A stretch of DNA of 64,000 bases from contig OZ336875.1 of assembly GCA_965287045.1 (NCBI GenBank), forward strand, positions 90,768,001-90,832,000. The letters run 5' to 3'. Of the stretch, positions 14,195 through 27,938 are shown one piece after another. The position numbers were made by a program, and so were the translations under genes. Under the pieces are notes generated by a model. It ran no database searches, was not told where the DNA came from, and was given only the letters and a program-made list of their open reading frames with translations. Every line of letters starts with the position of its first letter. The first letter of the stretch is position 1. This DNA comes from Carcharhinus amblyrhynchos (Eukaryota).

Positions 14195-15200
14195 ATCAGT
14201 CCCATTATGTTCATTAACCTGTCCCTGCCTGTCCTTCTTTTCAAGCTTACTGGTCCTAACATCTACCTTCCCCTCTATCCCTCCACTTGCTGACCTGCTG
14301 CTATTGTTCCTAACTCCTTGTCCTGACTTGCACTAGTGAACCTCCTGCAAGGATATTTGTTCCTTTCCAGTTTAAGTGCAAGTTGCCCCACTTGTGCAAG
14401 TCACCCCTGACCCAGAGGAGTCCCAGTGATCCAAGAAACCCCACCCACTGCACCAGCTCCTTAGCCACACATTCATCTGCCCTATCTTATTATTCCTTGC
14501 CACACTTGCACATGACACTAGTAGTAATCCAGAGATTATTACCCTCAACGTCCTGCTTTTTGACTTCTTTCCTAATTCTCAACCTTCTTTCTACCTATGT
14601 CGTTTGTACTAATGTGCATAATGATCTCTGGTTCCTCTCCCTTCCTCTTAAGAACTTAGTGTTTCTGCTCAGAGATGTCCTTGATCCTGGCACCAGGGAG
14701 GCAACATACCATCCTAGAGTCTTGAACACGGCTACAAAAATGCTTGTCTGTGCCCCTAACTAGCAAGTCTCCTATCACTAGCATTTGTTTGGACTTTACC
14801 CGACCATGTTCCACAGCAGAGCCAATTGTGGTGCTACAGGCCTAGCTGCTAATGTTACGCTCCCCAGAGAAGCTATCCCCCAACAGTATTCAAACTGGTA
14901 TACCTCTTAAAGAGGAAATAGTCACAGGGGACTCCTGCACTACTTGCCTGTCTCTCCCATCAGTCACCCATCTACCTGACTGAATCTGCAGTGTGACCAT
15001 CCCCTTGTAACTTGTGTCCATCTCACTCTCTGCCCCCTGTGTGTTCCTCAGTATGTCCAACTGCCTCTCCAACCAAACCATGTAGTCTGTAAGGGGCTGC
15101 AGCATGTCACATAGCCTGCAGTCGTAATCGTCACCCTGATCTTCCACATCTGACAGAGGAGCAAATCACTGCCCTAACTGTCATCTCTGTCCCTTTGCAC
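14195..15200 (-). mobile_element. CR1 LINE 5' part (ORF1: zinc finger / leucine zipper / esterase-like domain), 3' end missing
   Basis: Minus-strand DDYDCRLCDMLQPL...LERQLDILR...RWVT...QVVQESPV and VCCLPGARIKDISE, typical of CR1 ORF1. Confidence 0.85.
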
Positions 15201-15289
15201 TAAGAAAGATAAAAGAATCTTACCTTGCCCACCTTTCTCACTGAAACCCAGTTTTCACCTAAGCCTGCACTTATATCGTAGTCTCCCTA

Positions 15290-15570
15290 CTGTGTACAAG
15301 GAGGCCATTTGGCCCATCGATCATAATCCCACCAAGGCCCTTTCCCTATAATTCCATTTATTTACCCTGCTATCCCCCTGACCCTCAGGGCAATTTACTA
15401 TGGCCAATCAACCTATCCCGCACATCTTTGGACTGAGGGAGGAAACAGAGCATCCAGAGGAAACCCATGCAGCCACGGGTGAATGTGCAAACTTCACAAT
15501 TTCGAGGCTGAAATTGAACCAGGGTCCCTGGCACTGTCAGGCAGCAGTGCTAACCACTGAGCCACCATGT
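15290..15570 (-). mobile_element. HE1-like V-SINE
   Basis: Minus-strand tRNA-derived head ggtggctcagtggttagcactgctgcc...ggttcaattt, V-domain (gtttgcacattc...gggtttcctc...ccaaagatgtgcg), CR1-like tail gatgggccaaatggcctcc. Confidence 0.88.
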
Positions 15571-17864
15571 TTAGGTAAAGAAGAATGGAATGAAGTGAGA
15601 TCATTCACATATAACTGTCCAACAGTGGAGAGGCATAGGAAGAGGATGGTGTGGATTACCATGTCAGTAGAACTAAGCAATTCAAGAAGGATGAGGAGGA
15701 ATACTTTACCTTTGTCACAATTACCCATTGGATGTCATTTGTGGCTTTAAGAGCTATTTTGGCACTGTGACAGGGGCACAGGTCATCGGCAAGGATCAAT
15801 AGTGACCTGACGTGATGTTCTCACAGTTGGAATGGAGGCCGTTGAAGCCCCCAAGCTATTTGGAGCAGGGCCAGCCCATGTCTCTTGACAGTTTCCACCT
15901 GGCAATGCTAAGGGGAGCAGGGCCTAAGGGGAAGGGTAGAGCTTAAAGGGGGCAAGGATGGGGCCATGATGGGGTGGCAGGAGGTGTGGAACTCTGCAAG
16001 GGGTGGGTACCCTGCTTCAGGGTGATGTCTGAGGCAGCAATTGGAGGGAAGGTAATAGATTTATCAGGGCAGCTGCACAATAGCACCCCCAGATCTCAGG
16101 AACTGGCTACCCAGTGTGAATAAGCTCCACTCACTCGCCCTGTTGGCAAGAATTATATTTTGCCTCTTTATTTTCCTAAGTGCCAAACGATTGCATCTGG
16201 CAGCGCACCCAAGAAATAGACATGATTCTTTCCCATTTTCATGCTCATTTGGCACATTTTTTTGGTAAGCTCGCCCCTTCCCCCCAAGTCTTGGATGCCT
16301 ATTCCCATATACGTTCGGTCATTGCTATGTTGGTAGGGATCTTGAAATAGATAACCTGGAGTCAGGCAGGAGCCTTGTTAACTTTGAAGATCAAAATCCA
16401 ATTTATCAACATGGTACTGATACAGAAATGGACACAGCATATACCAGAAAATTTCATTCATTGGTGTAGCACAGCTCATTTATTGATTCTCAAATAATGA
16501 TCCTTTTATTTGGTAGATTTATCAGAAAAAAGGTTTTAAAAAAGAACCCTGTTGGACCATGAGAACTGAGGTCACCCCTATGCTCCCTGCTCCTCCATTA
16601 ACTTATTTAAACCAACTGGGCTTTGTGTGAAACCAACACATTTCCCACATCCTCCAGTGAGAAAGTTAACATGTTCCAGAAGGAGGAGCAACTGAACTCA
16701 CCAACCAAATATTGATGAAAATTTTTTAGACCTCTAACCACTTTCACTAAGTAGGCAGCAGAATCATTCTACCCATCACCTCCTAGATGGAAGCAGTTAG
16801 TTAAATAAATTAACATTTCAAGAAATAAAGGTAATAGTAAGATATTTTCCATGTTTGTATATGATAATTAAACTTGATTGCTCCTGAGAAAAAATTATTT
16901 GTTCAGCAAAATAATAATTAATACATAAAAAATGGAGCAGACTGCTGAACAATAATGTAACTTCCCATGCTTGATTTCCAGCATCAGAAGCTCTGCATTC
17001 GAAGTGCTACCTCAAAATCTGCTCAATAATATTCTACCTCTTTGATGAATGTGAAAAATAATAAAAATACTGCAGCAAACAGTAGGCTCTTTTGTTGTAT
17101 ATTACGAGAGTGTTTATAATTTGTTAAATCAGTCATACATATGCTAAATACTTAGTTAAGAAATTAAATGCAGTTTGACAAATTATGCATTTTTCTATTT
17201 TGTATGGTCTTCAAGTGTACTATATAAAATGCATCAAATTACCTGAAGGTGTTAATTTTAGTAAGTACTGAAGAAGGAGTGTGAAATACATAATTTTCAG
17301 ATGGGACTTCTCAAATTTGAAAATTTTAAAAATGTCGTAATGTAGCAGCAACAAAATATATTAAATGCTAAAATCATATATTTGCTCCTGTAGATATTTT
17401 CTTTCTTGCCTTTTCTACTTAACTCATCACAGCCAGGTTCAGTTTTCATTTAAAAATATACATTTCTCAGATAATTTCTTGAACACTATTGTGAAATGTT
17501 CCAGATGCTTCATACATTCGAATATGTTTTACATGTGGACGTGGATAAAATATTGTGCGTTAATTTGGTATTGCATCTCATTAATTTATAGGGGTGAGAC
17601 ACATTATTGAGCAGGTACAAGAGAAAATTCCCAACTAGGTGACTAATAGACTGACCTATCTGACAATCATTGATTTCATTCGCTGCTCCTGGAAATTACT
17701 TCTGTCATTTATGGATGGTTTATTATTTATAAAACAATTAATGGAATGATCCATATTATGCAACGTGAACAAAATAGAAAAAAAATTATCTTTTCACTGT
17801 TTTAAGCAAGTATTTCCTGCGATGTTCATCTAAATATTCTTTGTTATTAATTGGAATCAGAGAA

Positions 17865-18400
17865 CCATAGAAACTTACAGCATAGAAGCCCTGTGTCTGC
17901 GTTGGCCAAAAAAAGAAGTGATCCATGGCCTTGTAATTTCAAAAGAAGTGATCCATGGCCTTGTTGTAAATGCATATCCATGTACTGTTTGAATTCAATA
18001 ATGGTATCTCTGCTGTCACCCTTTCAAAAATATTCAGGACCCCCACAGTCCTCTAGGTCAGTGGTCTCCAAACTCCGATTCGGATGCAGCCCACTGCAGG
18101 CCGGATGTGGCCCATGGCCCGTAGTTTGGAAAGCCCTGCTTTAGGTGAAAACATTTCCCCTCAATTTCCTCTAATCCTTTTCTAGCTACTTAAAATCAAT
18201 GGCCCCTGATTATTGTTCTCTTTGCTAAAGGAAACATGTCCTCTCTATCTGCCCTATCTCCCTCAAAATGTCATTCACCTCATTTAAATAGTCCCTCAAT
18301 TAAGTCTTTGTGTTCAAAACACTAACAACCCAGCTATTAAATAACTGAAATTCTCCATTTCTGCAAAAACCCTTGTATGTTAAGAACCCAACTGATATTA
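17865..18400 (-). mobile_element. Old CR1 3' fragment
   Basis: Reverse CR1 tail (catagaaacttacagc) and degraded ORF2 end; contains the hAT MITE. Confidence 0.55.
18059..18138. mobile_element. hAT (Charlie-like) MITE, 80 bp
   Basis: Imperfect TIRs cagtggtctccaaact / agtttggaaagccctg; 8-bp TSD ctctaggt / ctttaggt (1 mismatch). Confidence 0.8.
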
Positions 18401-19979
18401 AATGCTGGGATATTTGAATTCCCAAGGGAAGGGAAACTGTATTCTTTGCAATTTGGTATAATGAGAGGAAAGATGTCAAGGCCAGAGAAGAATGTTCCAA
18501 TTTTATCGTAATAATTAAATGACAAGTAAAACATACAACAAGAAAGGCAACAAAAACATACACTGAGCGATTCTAATGGCTACACAAATACATTTAAATT
18601 CATCCATTTCCAACTCTCTCTATTTTCCTAACCTCAGCGCTAAACCCCTCCCTCCCCCCTGCCAAGCAACATCCCATGAGTTTTAAACTATAAGCAAATT
18701 CCAGAACCTCTATCTCTTGTGGGTTGTTTCTGGCTTGAATAAAGATAAAGGATGGAGCTTTATGGCCTCTCATCCCGAAACCGTAAAATCCCACCTCAGT
18801 GGACCTTCCCATGCTCTGCCCCTCACCTGCTCCAATTCTGTGCTGGGCGAATCGGTAAAATTCCAGCCAAAATGTCTGTTCAAACATGATTTCCCCAGAC
18901 ACTAGTTGGGTTGGAGTGAGTACAGCTTCCTGTTGTGTATGACTGTAATCTTAGACAAGCTCCCTGTGTAGGATGAACGCTACCGCTATATGGATATACG
19001 GATTTTTCTTTTGACCTTTTATCTGAACTACCTGTTTTAGAATCCCTCTTAATGACATTTCTTACACAAGCTCATCCTTTTAGAATATAAATGTGAAATA
19101 CAGCCTCGTCTTCTCTTATGAATGTTTTTCAATCTTTGTTTTAAACCCTTAAATTTCATGCCCTATTGAAACCAACTTTTCTCAGGTAAATATCTGTTTG
19201 CAGTGCTGCTAGATTAATCCATGTATCTAAAACTTCAGTTCCTTCACCTCAACCAATATGTCTTGCTAATAAAGGAAAGTATCCCATATGTCTTAACCGC
19301 TTTAACAATATGATTGAGGAGACTTTGAACAGGAACTCAAGGTCCCTCTGTTTATTATGTATTCCCTTGACATTTCTTCCTCCCCAAATGCATTACCTCG
19401 TAACTGTATGGATGAATTCCATTTGTGACTTTTGTCGCTGCCTGACTATTGATATCTTCTTGCAGACTATAGCTTTCTTAATTACTATCAACCACAGGAC
19501 CAATTTTTGTAACATTTATAAATTTATTTATTGTGCCCCCTCAGTTATTGTGGGTTTATGTCAAGATTCAATGGTTGTAAAATAGATTCAATGGTTGTAA
19601 ATTGAAGGTAATGGTCTTTTGTTCAAAAACATTTGATTACATGCTAACTATTTGTAGAAGTTAAATAAAAAAAAGACACAGCTGGAATTCAAAATGTCTC
19701 ACACACTTCTCCTCTCAAGTGACTGACAACACTAACATCCTTATACATACGCTCAGTAGTTACCATTAGAGTTAACCCTTTTCTCTATACGTCTACCTTT
19801 ATGTAATTGATATATATCATGAAAAGCAAGGACTATAGTACTGAGTTCTGTGAAACACACTGGAAATGGCCTTCTGGCTACTCACACAAATAACTATCAA
19901 ATATAGTTTGCTTCATGTCAGTGCGCCAATTTTGGATCCAAAGTCCAGATAAGATTACATTAAACATATTAGCTGATTG

Positions 19980-20914
19980 CAGGAGGCCAAGCGATATCAG
20001 CGGAGGTTGATGACGGATATTAGGCCATTCATGAGTCTCCCAAGCACTTTTTTCTGTGCAATCAGCTCCGCACGAGAAATCTCCATGCCCACCAGCATCC
20101 CACACCTCCCCCCTATCCAGTGGGGTTTACGGCTGCTCCCCACTAACGGGAACAGGTGTCTTGATCCTGCTAGTGGACACAGCGGCCATTGAAGGCCCCC
20201 TGGGAGGTTGGAGGCAAGGAGGAGGAGTGCCCGTTAGGCATTGCCAGGCAACCTGTATTGTCCACTGGGTGCCTTGGCACTGTCCACTGGGTACTGGGTA
20301 GTGCCAAGGAGGCAGGGCATCCTGGGGGTGGCAGGACCTATTGGAGGCAATAGATGGGGACAGGACCTGCTGCCACTCTGCACTGGGGTCAGTGGGAGAG
20401 AAGAGAGGAGGACAGTCAAGGCTGGCCATTGGGATGGGGGGTGTCGGGCCTGGCCATTTGGGTTAAGGGAAGTGTGGGGTTGTCCGTGGGAAGTCAGGCC
20501 TGGCCGTTGGGGTCAGGGGCTTTCAGGGCTCGTCATGGTTGGGGGGAGGGCAGGCTGTGGGTTAGGGCTGACTTGGCGGGGGGGAGAACAAGGCTAGTTG
20601 GGGGAGATCGAAGCTGGCCCAGGGATGTTGGGTAGGCCCGCGAAGGGGGGATTGTGGGCCTGGTCAGCAGTTGGGAGACTGGCACCTTCGCAGTGACAGA
20701 TCGGCGCATGCATAGTAGCCTATTCAGCACAATGCTGCCGGCCTTTCAGGCGGGAATAGGCCCTGATCCCTACTTACTAGATGGAATCATGCTGAGCCAC
20801 TCTGCAGTGTTCAGAGTGTCGGAGATTCACTCTGGTAAGTACGCCCAAAAAACAGGCAGGAAATGCCCCCACTTACCCACCCATTGGGCACTTAGTTTTG
20901 GGAGAATCAAGGCC
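19980..20914. mobile_element. GC-rich non-autonomous DNA-transposon relic (Harbinger-like)
   Basis: Abrupt GC-rich block with tggca/tgcca repeats and G-rich interior, ending ggagaatcaaggcc like other local TIR ends. Similar blocks at about 6330-6990, 8258-8935, 15750-16460, 22060-22610 and 49900-50510. Confidence 0.45.
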
Positions 20915-22125
20915 ATTACCTTCATCAAGCTGCTTTGGTACTTCACAGAAAATTCAGTTAAGTTAGTCAGACATGATCATCCCTTAATAAATCAATGATG
21001 AATGTCCTTAAAAATTTGCATGCTTTCTGAACGATGATTAATACTTCCCTCCTTTATACAATTTACCTACCACCATTGTTAGGCTGACTAACTCAAGTAA
21101 GATTAAAATAACTTACCTACTGTTCCTGCCTGTTTTCAGCGTGGTCCAGCGTGTGCGCCAAATGTCCATTGCTGGCATGTGTGGGCATCGGGAACGCATG
21201 TGTGAATTCCATGAATTGGCATACAAGCGATTCTCCTGGCTTGATCCGCCAAAGAATTAGTGGGTCAGAATGGGCGAATCGTGGCCCAAGTATTCAGTAA
21301 GAACAATGCTCACTTCCGCCTCCATATATAGCTTACTTTTCTGGTCTAAATAGGCCCTGTTCTTCCCTTAGTCTTTATGTTTACCCATTGTAATTTAACC
21401 CCGGCACTTTCTATATTCTGATACTGACCTCTTGGGATCTGACGTAATCCTAGATCTGGAAATCTAATCCTATTTCCTTGTGAGTATATAATTATTCTGA
21501 AGGCTATTTACTTCTTGAATAACACCCTGTAGGAGGATACTGACTTTTTAACAACCAGAATGAAAAGTTGCAGATTTCACAATAACATGACGAATTGGCT
21601 TTTTAGGAATGCGTTCTTTAAAGATTTAATTTTAATGCCTTGGCTTATCTCAAAATACTGAACATTGTTACTGAGCAACAGTTAGTCAGAACTTCCAGTG
21701 ACATCTGTGCATTCTAAATATGACTAAATTGCAGCATTTTCCATAATATGGTCTGTACCTATGCAATTTTCAAAATTTACTGGCATGAGTTGAAGAGTAG
21801 AAAGGTGTATCTTTTCATCCTATAAGAATTTAAATTTTCCAAGTATAGTGAAAATTGACTTTTCAAAATTCTTTTTAGGCAAGTCTGATACATTGGGTGA
21901 AACTTTCAGTTTTTTAAACTGTTGTTTTGGGCGGGAGAAGCGTTGAGTAGTTGACTGGCATTGCTGATGGCTTTTGCCATCATATTTTTTTGAAACTTTG
22001 TTGACTTTGCTGGTGACATGTCCCATGCCATCAGGCTGGGAGTGCTGCCCCTGAAAGAGATCGGGCCACCACAATAAAAAAAAGGATCTCGCCATCGACA
22101 GGGAGAACACCTCCCACGTGCCACG

Positions 22126-22152
22126 CCCCCCCCCCCCCCCCCCCCACCCCCC
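22126..22152. repeat. Poly-C tract (C20 A C6)
   Basis: Read directly from the sequence. Confidence 0.95.
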
Positions 22153-22859
22153 ACATGAAAACCCCTTCTCATGGATCTCCCAACAGGAAGATTTCACCCC
22201 CCCTCCCCCACCCCACCCTTGGTATTGCCCTCTGCCACTGTCTCTCAAATGGTTCTCAATGAGAAATGTCTTAGTGCCTGGGCAGTTCTGGGGGCAGTGC
22301 CAGGGTACTGTGTAGGCATGACCAACCTGCCCCCTCAGGAGCTGTACGCCAACCTGCTGTAAACCCTGTCAACATGATGTAATGTTGGTGGGAGGGGGAT
22401 GAAATCCTAACGTGGGAGATAATAGAGCAGGGAAGCCTGCTAATTATATTAGAATATATTTAAATGGGGTTCCTGTCATTGCATGGTAGGAACTATATTC
22501 CTTATTGACATGATGGGGCACAATCCAGTGAGCCATTTTGGGACTCCTGCTGGATTTTCTGCCATCAACGCTATTCCCACCCACTGCCAACAGGAGCAGA
22601 AAATTCCAGCCATTAATAAATGCTGGTTTTATCATGAACTGCTCTCAAATTGAAGGTACCATTATAGTTCCTTTGTTGAGGGTTAGAACAGAAAACAAAG
22701 ACGTTTTTCATTGAGAACCCATTTGTTTTTTTTATTTCCATTAGAATACAATTGGAAATATTCCATTCTGAATCAATTTTGAGGCTGAACAATATTTTAA
22801 TGATAATGAACCTTTGAATGTTTATGGAATTATGCAAAGTTGGTGGGATATCTATTTCA

Positions 22860-22978
22860 TGAGCAGCCTGGGAATGGAGGGATACAAACGAATGGTCTAG
22901 TTGGACCAATGCGCGGCACAGGCTTGGAGGGCCAAAGGGCCTGTTTCCTGTGCTGTACTGTTCTTTCTTTGTTCTTTG
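22860..22978 (+). mobile_element. Very short CR1 3' tail insertion
   Basis: ggcacaggcttggagggccaaagggcctgtttcctgtgctgtactgttctttctttgttcttt. Confidence 0.8.
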
Positions 22979-23560
22979 AATCTACCCGATAGATTCAACA
23001 GGAGTCTGGAACCAATTTCAGGTTGGTAGCTCACCAGTGTTCTGTGAGAACTAGTGGTGAATCATGCCAGACAGAAGAAACAGAAATCCATCAGCCCATT
23101 AGCAAGCTGATTCAGAAGTCAGCAATAAAATGAGGGCTTGAAGTAGAATATCTACCCAAGACCCCAGCAGCAGACCACAGCATTTTGTGAGGCAGGCAAA
23201 GCTGTTCTGTGCCTATTGACACCAACAAAAATTCAGCACAAAATAAATTTTAGAGCAAACTCAAGCTGTTGCTTTAAGCTCTGCCTTTTTATAAACTCCA
23301 ATTTATAAAATGACCTTCGAAGCTTCCAAAGACACTTCTGAAAATGGTGATCGACTTAAAGCCAAGTATAAAATGCTAACCGCCGGCGTAGCTGTGGGTG
23401 ATCATCATTTTGAAAAGTGAATGAAAACATAATACCAGTAATTCATATTAATATAATATGGCACATCATCTCATGTAGACAGAGAGGTGCAACAGCAATG
23501 TGACACAGTTTTTGAATAAATTAATTGTACAAAGATAACTTTAATCGTAATCAAAGAGTT

Positions 23561-23872
23561 GGGTGGCACAGTGATTAGCACTGTTGCCTCATAGTGCCAG
23601 AGATCAGATTTTATTCTGGCCTTGGGTCTGTGCGGAGTTTGCAATTTGTCCCTGTGCCTGCATGGGTTTCCTCTCACAACCCAAAGATGTGTAGGTTAGG
23701 TTGATTGGCCATGCTAAATTACCCTTCAGCATCCGAAGATGTGGTGGTTAGGTAGATTAGGTAGGTTATGGGGATAGGGTGGAGGGGTGGCCCTGGGTAA
23801 AATGGGCTTTCAAAGGGTCAGTGCAGACTTGATGGGCTGAACTGCCTCTTTCTGTACTTTAAGAATTCTATA
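23561..23872 (+). mobile_element. HE1-like V-SINE
   Basis: ggtggcacagtgattagcactgttgcctca head, V-domain gtctgtgcggagtttgca...ccaaagatgtg, CR1-like tail gatgggctgaactgcctc. Confidence 0.85.
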
Positions 23873-23954
23873 GATCGAAGATGTAAGAAGTTTTAAAACC
23901 ATCAAATCCAGTGTCTGGCATCCATGCAAAGGGTTCATCAAATTCATTGTATCA

Positions 23955-25132
23955 CTTTGACAAGGTACCTCACAAGAGGTTATTGCAGAAGTTCAGGGGA
24001 CATGGAGTTGGGGGTAGGGTGTTAGCGTGGATAGAGGACTGGTTGTCAAATAGGAGGCAGAGAGTGGGGGTCAATGGGTGCTATTCGGATTGGCGGTTGG
24101 TGACTAGTGGAGTGCCTCAGGGGTCGGTGCTGGGGCCTCAGCTATTTACCATTTATATAGATGATCTGGAGAAGGGAACCGAGTGTATGGTGTCGAAATT
24201 TGCTGATGACACCAAGATTGGTGGAAAGGCAAATTGTGCGGAGGGTGTGGAGAGTCTGCAGAAGGATCTAGATAGGCTGGGCGAATGGGCCAGGAAATGG
24301 CAAATGGAATTTAATGTTGGCAAGTGCAAGGTGGTCCACTTTGATAGGAATAATGGTAGGAAGGACTATTACTTACTTGGAGAGAAACTGCAGCAGGCGG
24401 CAGTGCAGAGGGACCTCGGGGTCCTTGTGCATGAGTCGCAAAAACCCAGCTTGCAGGTGCAGCAGGTGGTCAGGAAGGCGAATGGGATGCTGGCCTTCAT
24501 AGCGAGGGGGATTGAATATAAAAGTAGGGTCTTGCTGCGGCTGTATAGGGCATTGGTGAGGCCGCAGCTGGAGTACTGTGTGCAGTTTTGGGCGCCGTAC
24601 TTACGCAAGGATATTTTGGCCTTGGAGGGAGTGCAGAGGAGGTTTACTAGGCTGATGCCGGAGTTGAGGGGGTTGAGCTATGAGGAGAGGCTGAATAAAC
24701 TAGGCTTGTACTCGTTAGAGTGTAGAAGATTGAGGGGAGATCTCATTGAGACGTATAAGATGATGAATGGGATGGATAGGATAGAGGTGGAGAGACTCTT
24801 CCCGCTCAGAAAGGACAGTAGGACTAGGGGGCACAGCCTCAAGATAAAGGGTGGGCGGTTTAGAACGGAGTTGAGGAAGAACTTCTTCACTCAAAGGGTG
24901 GTGAATCTCTGGAATTCTCCGCCAGTTGAAGTGGTGGAGGCTACCTCGCTAAATATTTTTAAGAAGAGGGTTGATGGGTTTTTGATAAGAGAGGGGATTA
25001 AGGGTTATGGGGAGAGGGCGGGAATGTGGAACTGAGCCACGACAGATCAGCCATGATCTTACTGAATGGCGGGGCAGGCTCGAAGGACCAGATGGCCTAC
25101 TCCTGCTCCTATTTCTTATGTTCTTATGTTCT
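23955..25132 (+). mobile_element. Young 5'-truncated CR1 LINE with RT frame open to its native stop
   Basis: FDKVPHKRLL...SGVPQGSVLGPQLF...KFADDTK...GIKGYGERAGMWN*; tail (ttcttatg)n. Confidence 0.96.
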
Positions 25133-25864
25133 TTAGCTATGGCATCATCATAAGGATCCCACTCTGGATCAGATGTGGTGCTTTTGCAGCCACCCAGTGG
25201 CTGGGTCAGGCCACTAGTTCTGCAAAAGTGCGGAGCTAGTCTGAACCCCACTGGAGTGAAATACTCCTGGCGGGGTGGGAGATACAAGCAAACTCAGAGA
25301 ATTCAATCACAGGCCCACAAATCACATTAAAATAGCATTAATGAGAAGTTTCTTGCAAGTTTAAGCAAAGAACTCCAAGTCAACTATAAAACTGCAATCA
25401 GTCAAAGTAAGACAAGCCACAGTAGAAGAAGTAAAAATGAAGAGAAAAGAGTTGGGTAAATGTAACTGTAAACTACAGCAAATAGAAAATGAGGTAAAAA
25501 TTTGTGACACGAATCCCCAAAAGAGAAAAAAAAAACAAATACTAGGAAAGAGGTGGAAATAGCTAGGAAATCTATTCAGGCAAGTAAGAAACAGTACAAC
25601 ATTCATCACCAGCAAGTTGTAAGGGAACTTAAGTTAGAGCATGCAGATGTGAAATAAAGGTAAAACGGGTTGAGAGATAAAGCAGAGCCAAGGAAATACT
25701 ATGTAATGGTTGCTATCAGTTTTGTGATGGGTGAGAAAATTGCTGGTCTCAGAGTGCAACGCATCAACTACTTAATCCATGGTGCCCACATAGGGCACCT
25801 GTATCATCTACTACAAGGGTCACTGTGCTGTTGAAGCAGAAATTAGAGCAGAGCTATCATTTGG

Positions 25865-26400
25865 AATCATAGAATCATACCGCGCAGAAGAGGCCCTTCA
25901 GTCCATTGAGTCCACACCAACACATTGGAACTACCTGATCTCCCACCTAATCATCTCTGCCAACATTTGGCCCACAGCCCTGACTGTCATGATGTACCAA
26001 GTGCTCATCCAGATACTTTTTGAAGGATGTGAGACAACTGCTTCTACCATCCCCAGGCACTCTAGACTGTCACTAGTCTAGGAAAAAGTTTTTCCTCACA
26101 TCCCCCCTAAACCTCCTGCCCCTCACTTGAACCTATGTCCCCTCGTGATTGACCATTCAACCAAGTGGTACAGCTGCTCCTTATCCACTCTGTCCATGTC
26201 TCTCATAATCTTGTACACTTTGATCAGGTTGCCCCTCAGTCTTCTCTGCTCCAATGAAAACAACCAAAGCCTATCCAACTCACTTCATAACTTAAATGTT
26301 CCATCCCAGGCAGCATCCTGGTTAATCTCCTCTGTATCCCTTCCACTGCAATCACATTCTTCTGATAATATGGCAACCAGAACTGCACACAGTACTCTAG
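25865..26400 (-). mobile_element. CR1 3' fragment
   Basis: Reverse tail gaatcatagaatcata...gaggcccttc and degraded RRLRG-LI-VYKIM coding on the minus strand. Confidence 0.8.
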
Positions 26401-26719
26401 TACTCCAGAGCATTGTCGGGAATTCTTTAGCGATCCAGTGGAATGATCGAGTTACCAATCATGTGGAAAATGCAAATGAACTTGAGAAATTGGCATTCTA
26501 CAGAGAGGGAGAAACTGTCTGTTGTTTGAGGCTGCTGAGCAAGACACAGCAATGGACAAACCCAAAGAGAAAACGCAACTCTTAGAACAAGTTAGCAATC
26601 TAGTATAATAAGAAGAAGGAAGAAATGTTGAACATAGAAATAAAGTTTAATGCAATTACAACAAAGAGAACATGGCAATTGTCTAAAAACATGCAAAGCA
26701 TGAGAAGGGAGAGATTTTT

Positions 26720-27214
26720 TTTTTATTAATTTGTGGGACATGGGCATCGCTTGCTCGCCAACATTTATTGCCCATCCCTAGTTGCCAGAGGACAGTTGAG
26801 AGCCAACTACATTGCTATGGCCCTGGAGTTACAGGTAGGTTAGACCAGAAAAGAATAAAAGCAAAATACTGCTGGAATCTGAAACAAAAACAGAAAATGC
26901 TGGAAAATCTCAGCAGGTCTGACAGAATCTGTAGGGAGAGAATAGAGCCAATGTTTCAAGTATAGATAACCCTTCATCAAAGCTGATGAAGGTAAGGACA
27001 GCAGATTTCCTTCCCTAAAGGACATTAGTGAACCAAATAGGTTCCGACAATTGACAGTGGTTTTATGGTCATCAGTAGATTCTTAATTCCAGACATTTTT
27101 TAGTGAATTCAAATTCTACGAAATGCTGTGATGGGATTCAAACCTGGATCCCCAGAACATTAACTGAGCTTCCGGATTAATACTCTAGCAATAATACGAC
27201 TAGGCCATCACCTC
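26720..27214 (-). mobile_element. tRNA-derived SINE with LINE-type tail, containing a nested palindromic-headed repeat (about 26848-26992)
   Basis: Minus-strand A/B-box-like head gtgatggcctagtcgta...ggtttgaatccca; tail ggcaactagggatgggcaataaatg...aattaataaaa. Confidence 0.75.
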
Positions 27215-27938
27215 AACTATGCCTCTCCTCTTGTTAGAAGAGAATGTTGGATTCACCTTGAAAGACAATCAGAAATGGATGGATTGCAAATGGATGAGCG
27301 ATGGATGAAAGAATATTTGTGATTCTTTTTGGCAGAAAAAAAGTTAGTGATAGAGGAAAAACTCTGATGCAATCAACTAGCAAAAAATGTTAGTGGATTG
27401 GGAATTTCTTGCACAGACCTAAAAGTCAATGTTGGAATGCTGACGGAGCAAAATTTACATGAGACAAATGGATGAAGATGAAAACTCATAAGTGTTGAGG
27501 AGGAGAATCCGAATCCGAGAAGAACAGCTTGATCATTGGATATGGGCAACTCAGCTCTCAAGTGAGTGAGGGATTGGAGAATTAAAGCCAAGTTGGAACA
27601 AATTCAGAAACAGGCTGAAGACTGTGATTGCTAAAGAGAACTCTTCAACAAAGAGGGGCTACTTAAAATTGTCAGTTCATTTAAGGATACTTCAGATGAA
27701 TATCAAGATGAAGGAATACAACTATTAGAAGAACAACTGTGGACAATGGAGCTAGAATGGAGGGGGGGAGTGCGGTGAAGAAGCAGATGCATGGAGTAAA
27801 CTACCAGTGTCAAAGCAGAAGATTAGTTGATGCATGAGATGAAAAGAGATTGAAAAATCAAGACACTCTGCTACGGAAATTGTACTGGAGGGATCTAGAC
27901 AAAACAACAATTTAGGCCGAGAAGGAAACTGAGTTTAC

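Noticed and set aside
15520-15570. tRNA genes (also at 23561, about 27130-27214 and 63940-64000)
   Set aside because: A/B-box-like heads continue directly into SINE bodies and do not form complete cloverleaves.
19680-19810. Possible solo LTRs (also about 41750-42240 and 62000-62350)
   Set aside because: Composition is suggestive, but I could not define TG...CA termini or TSDs.
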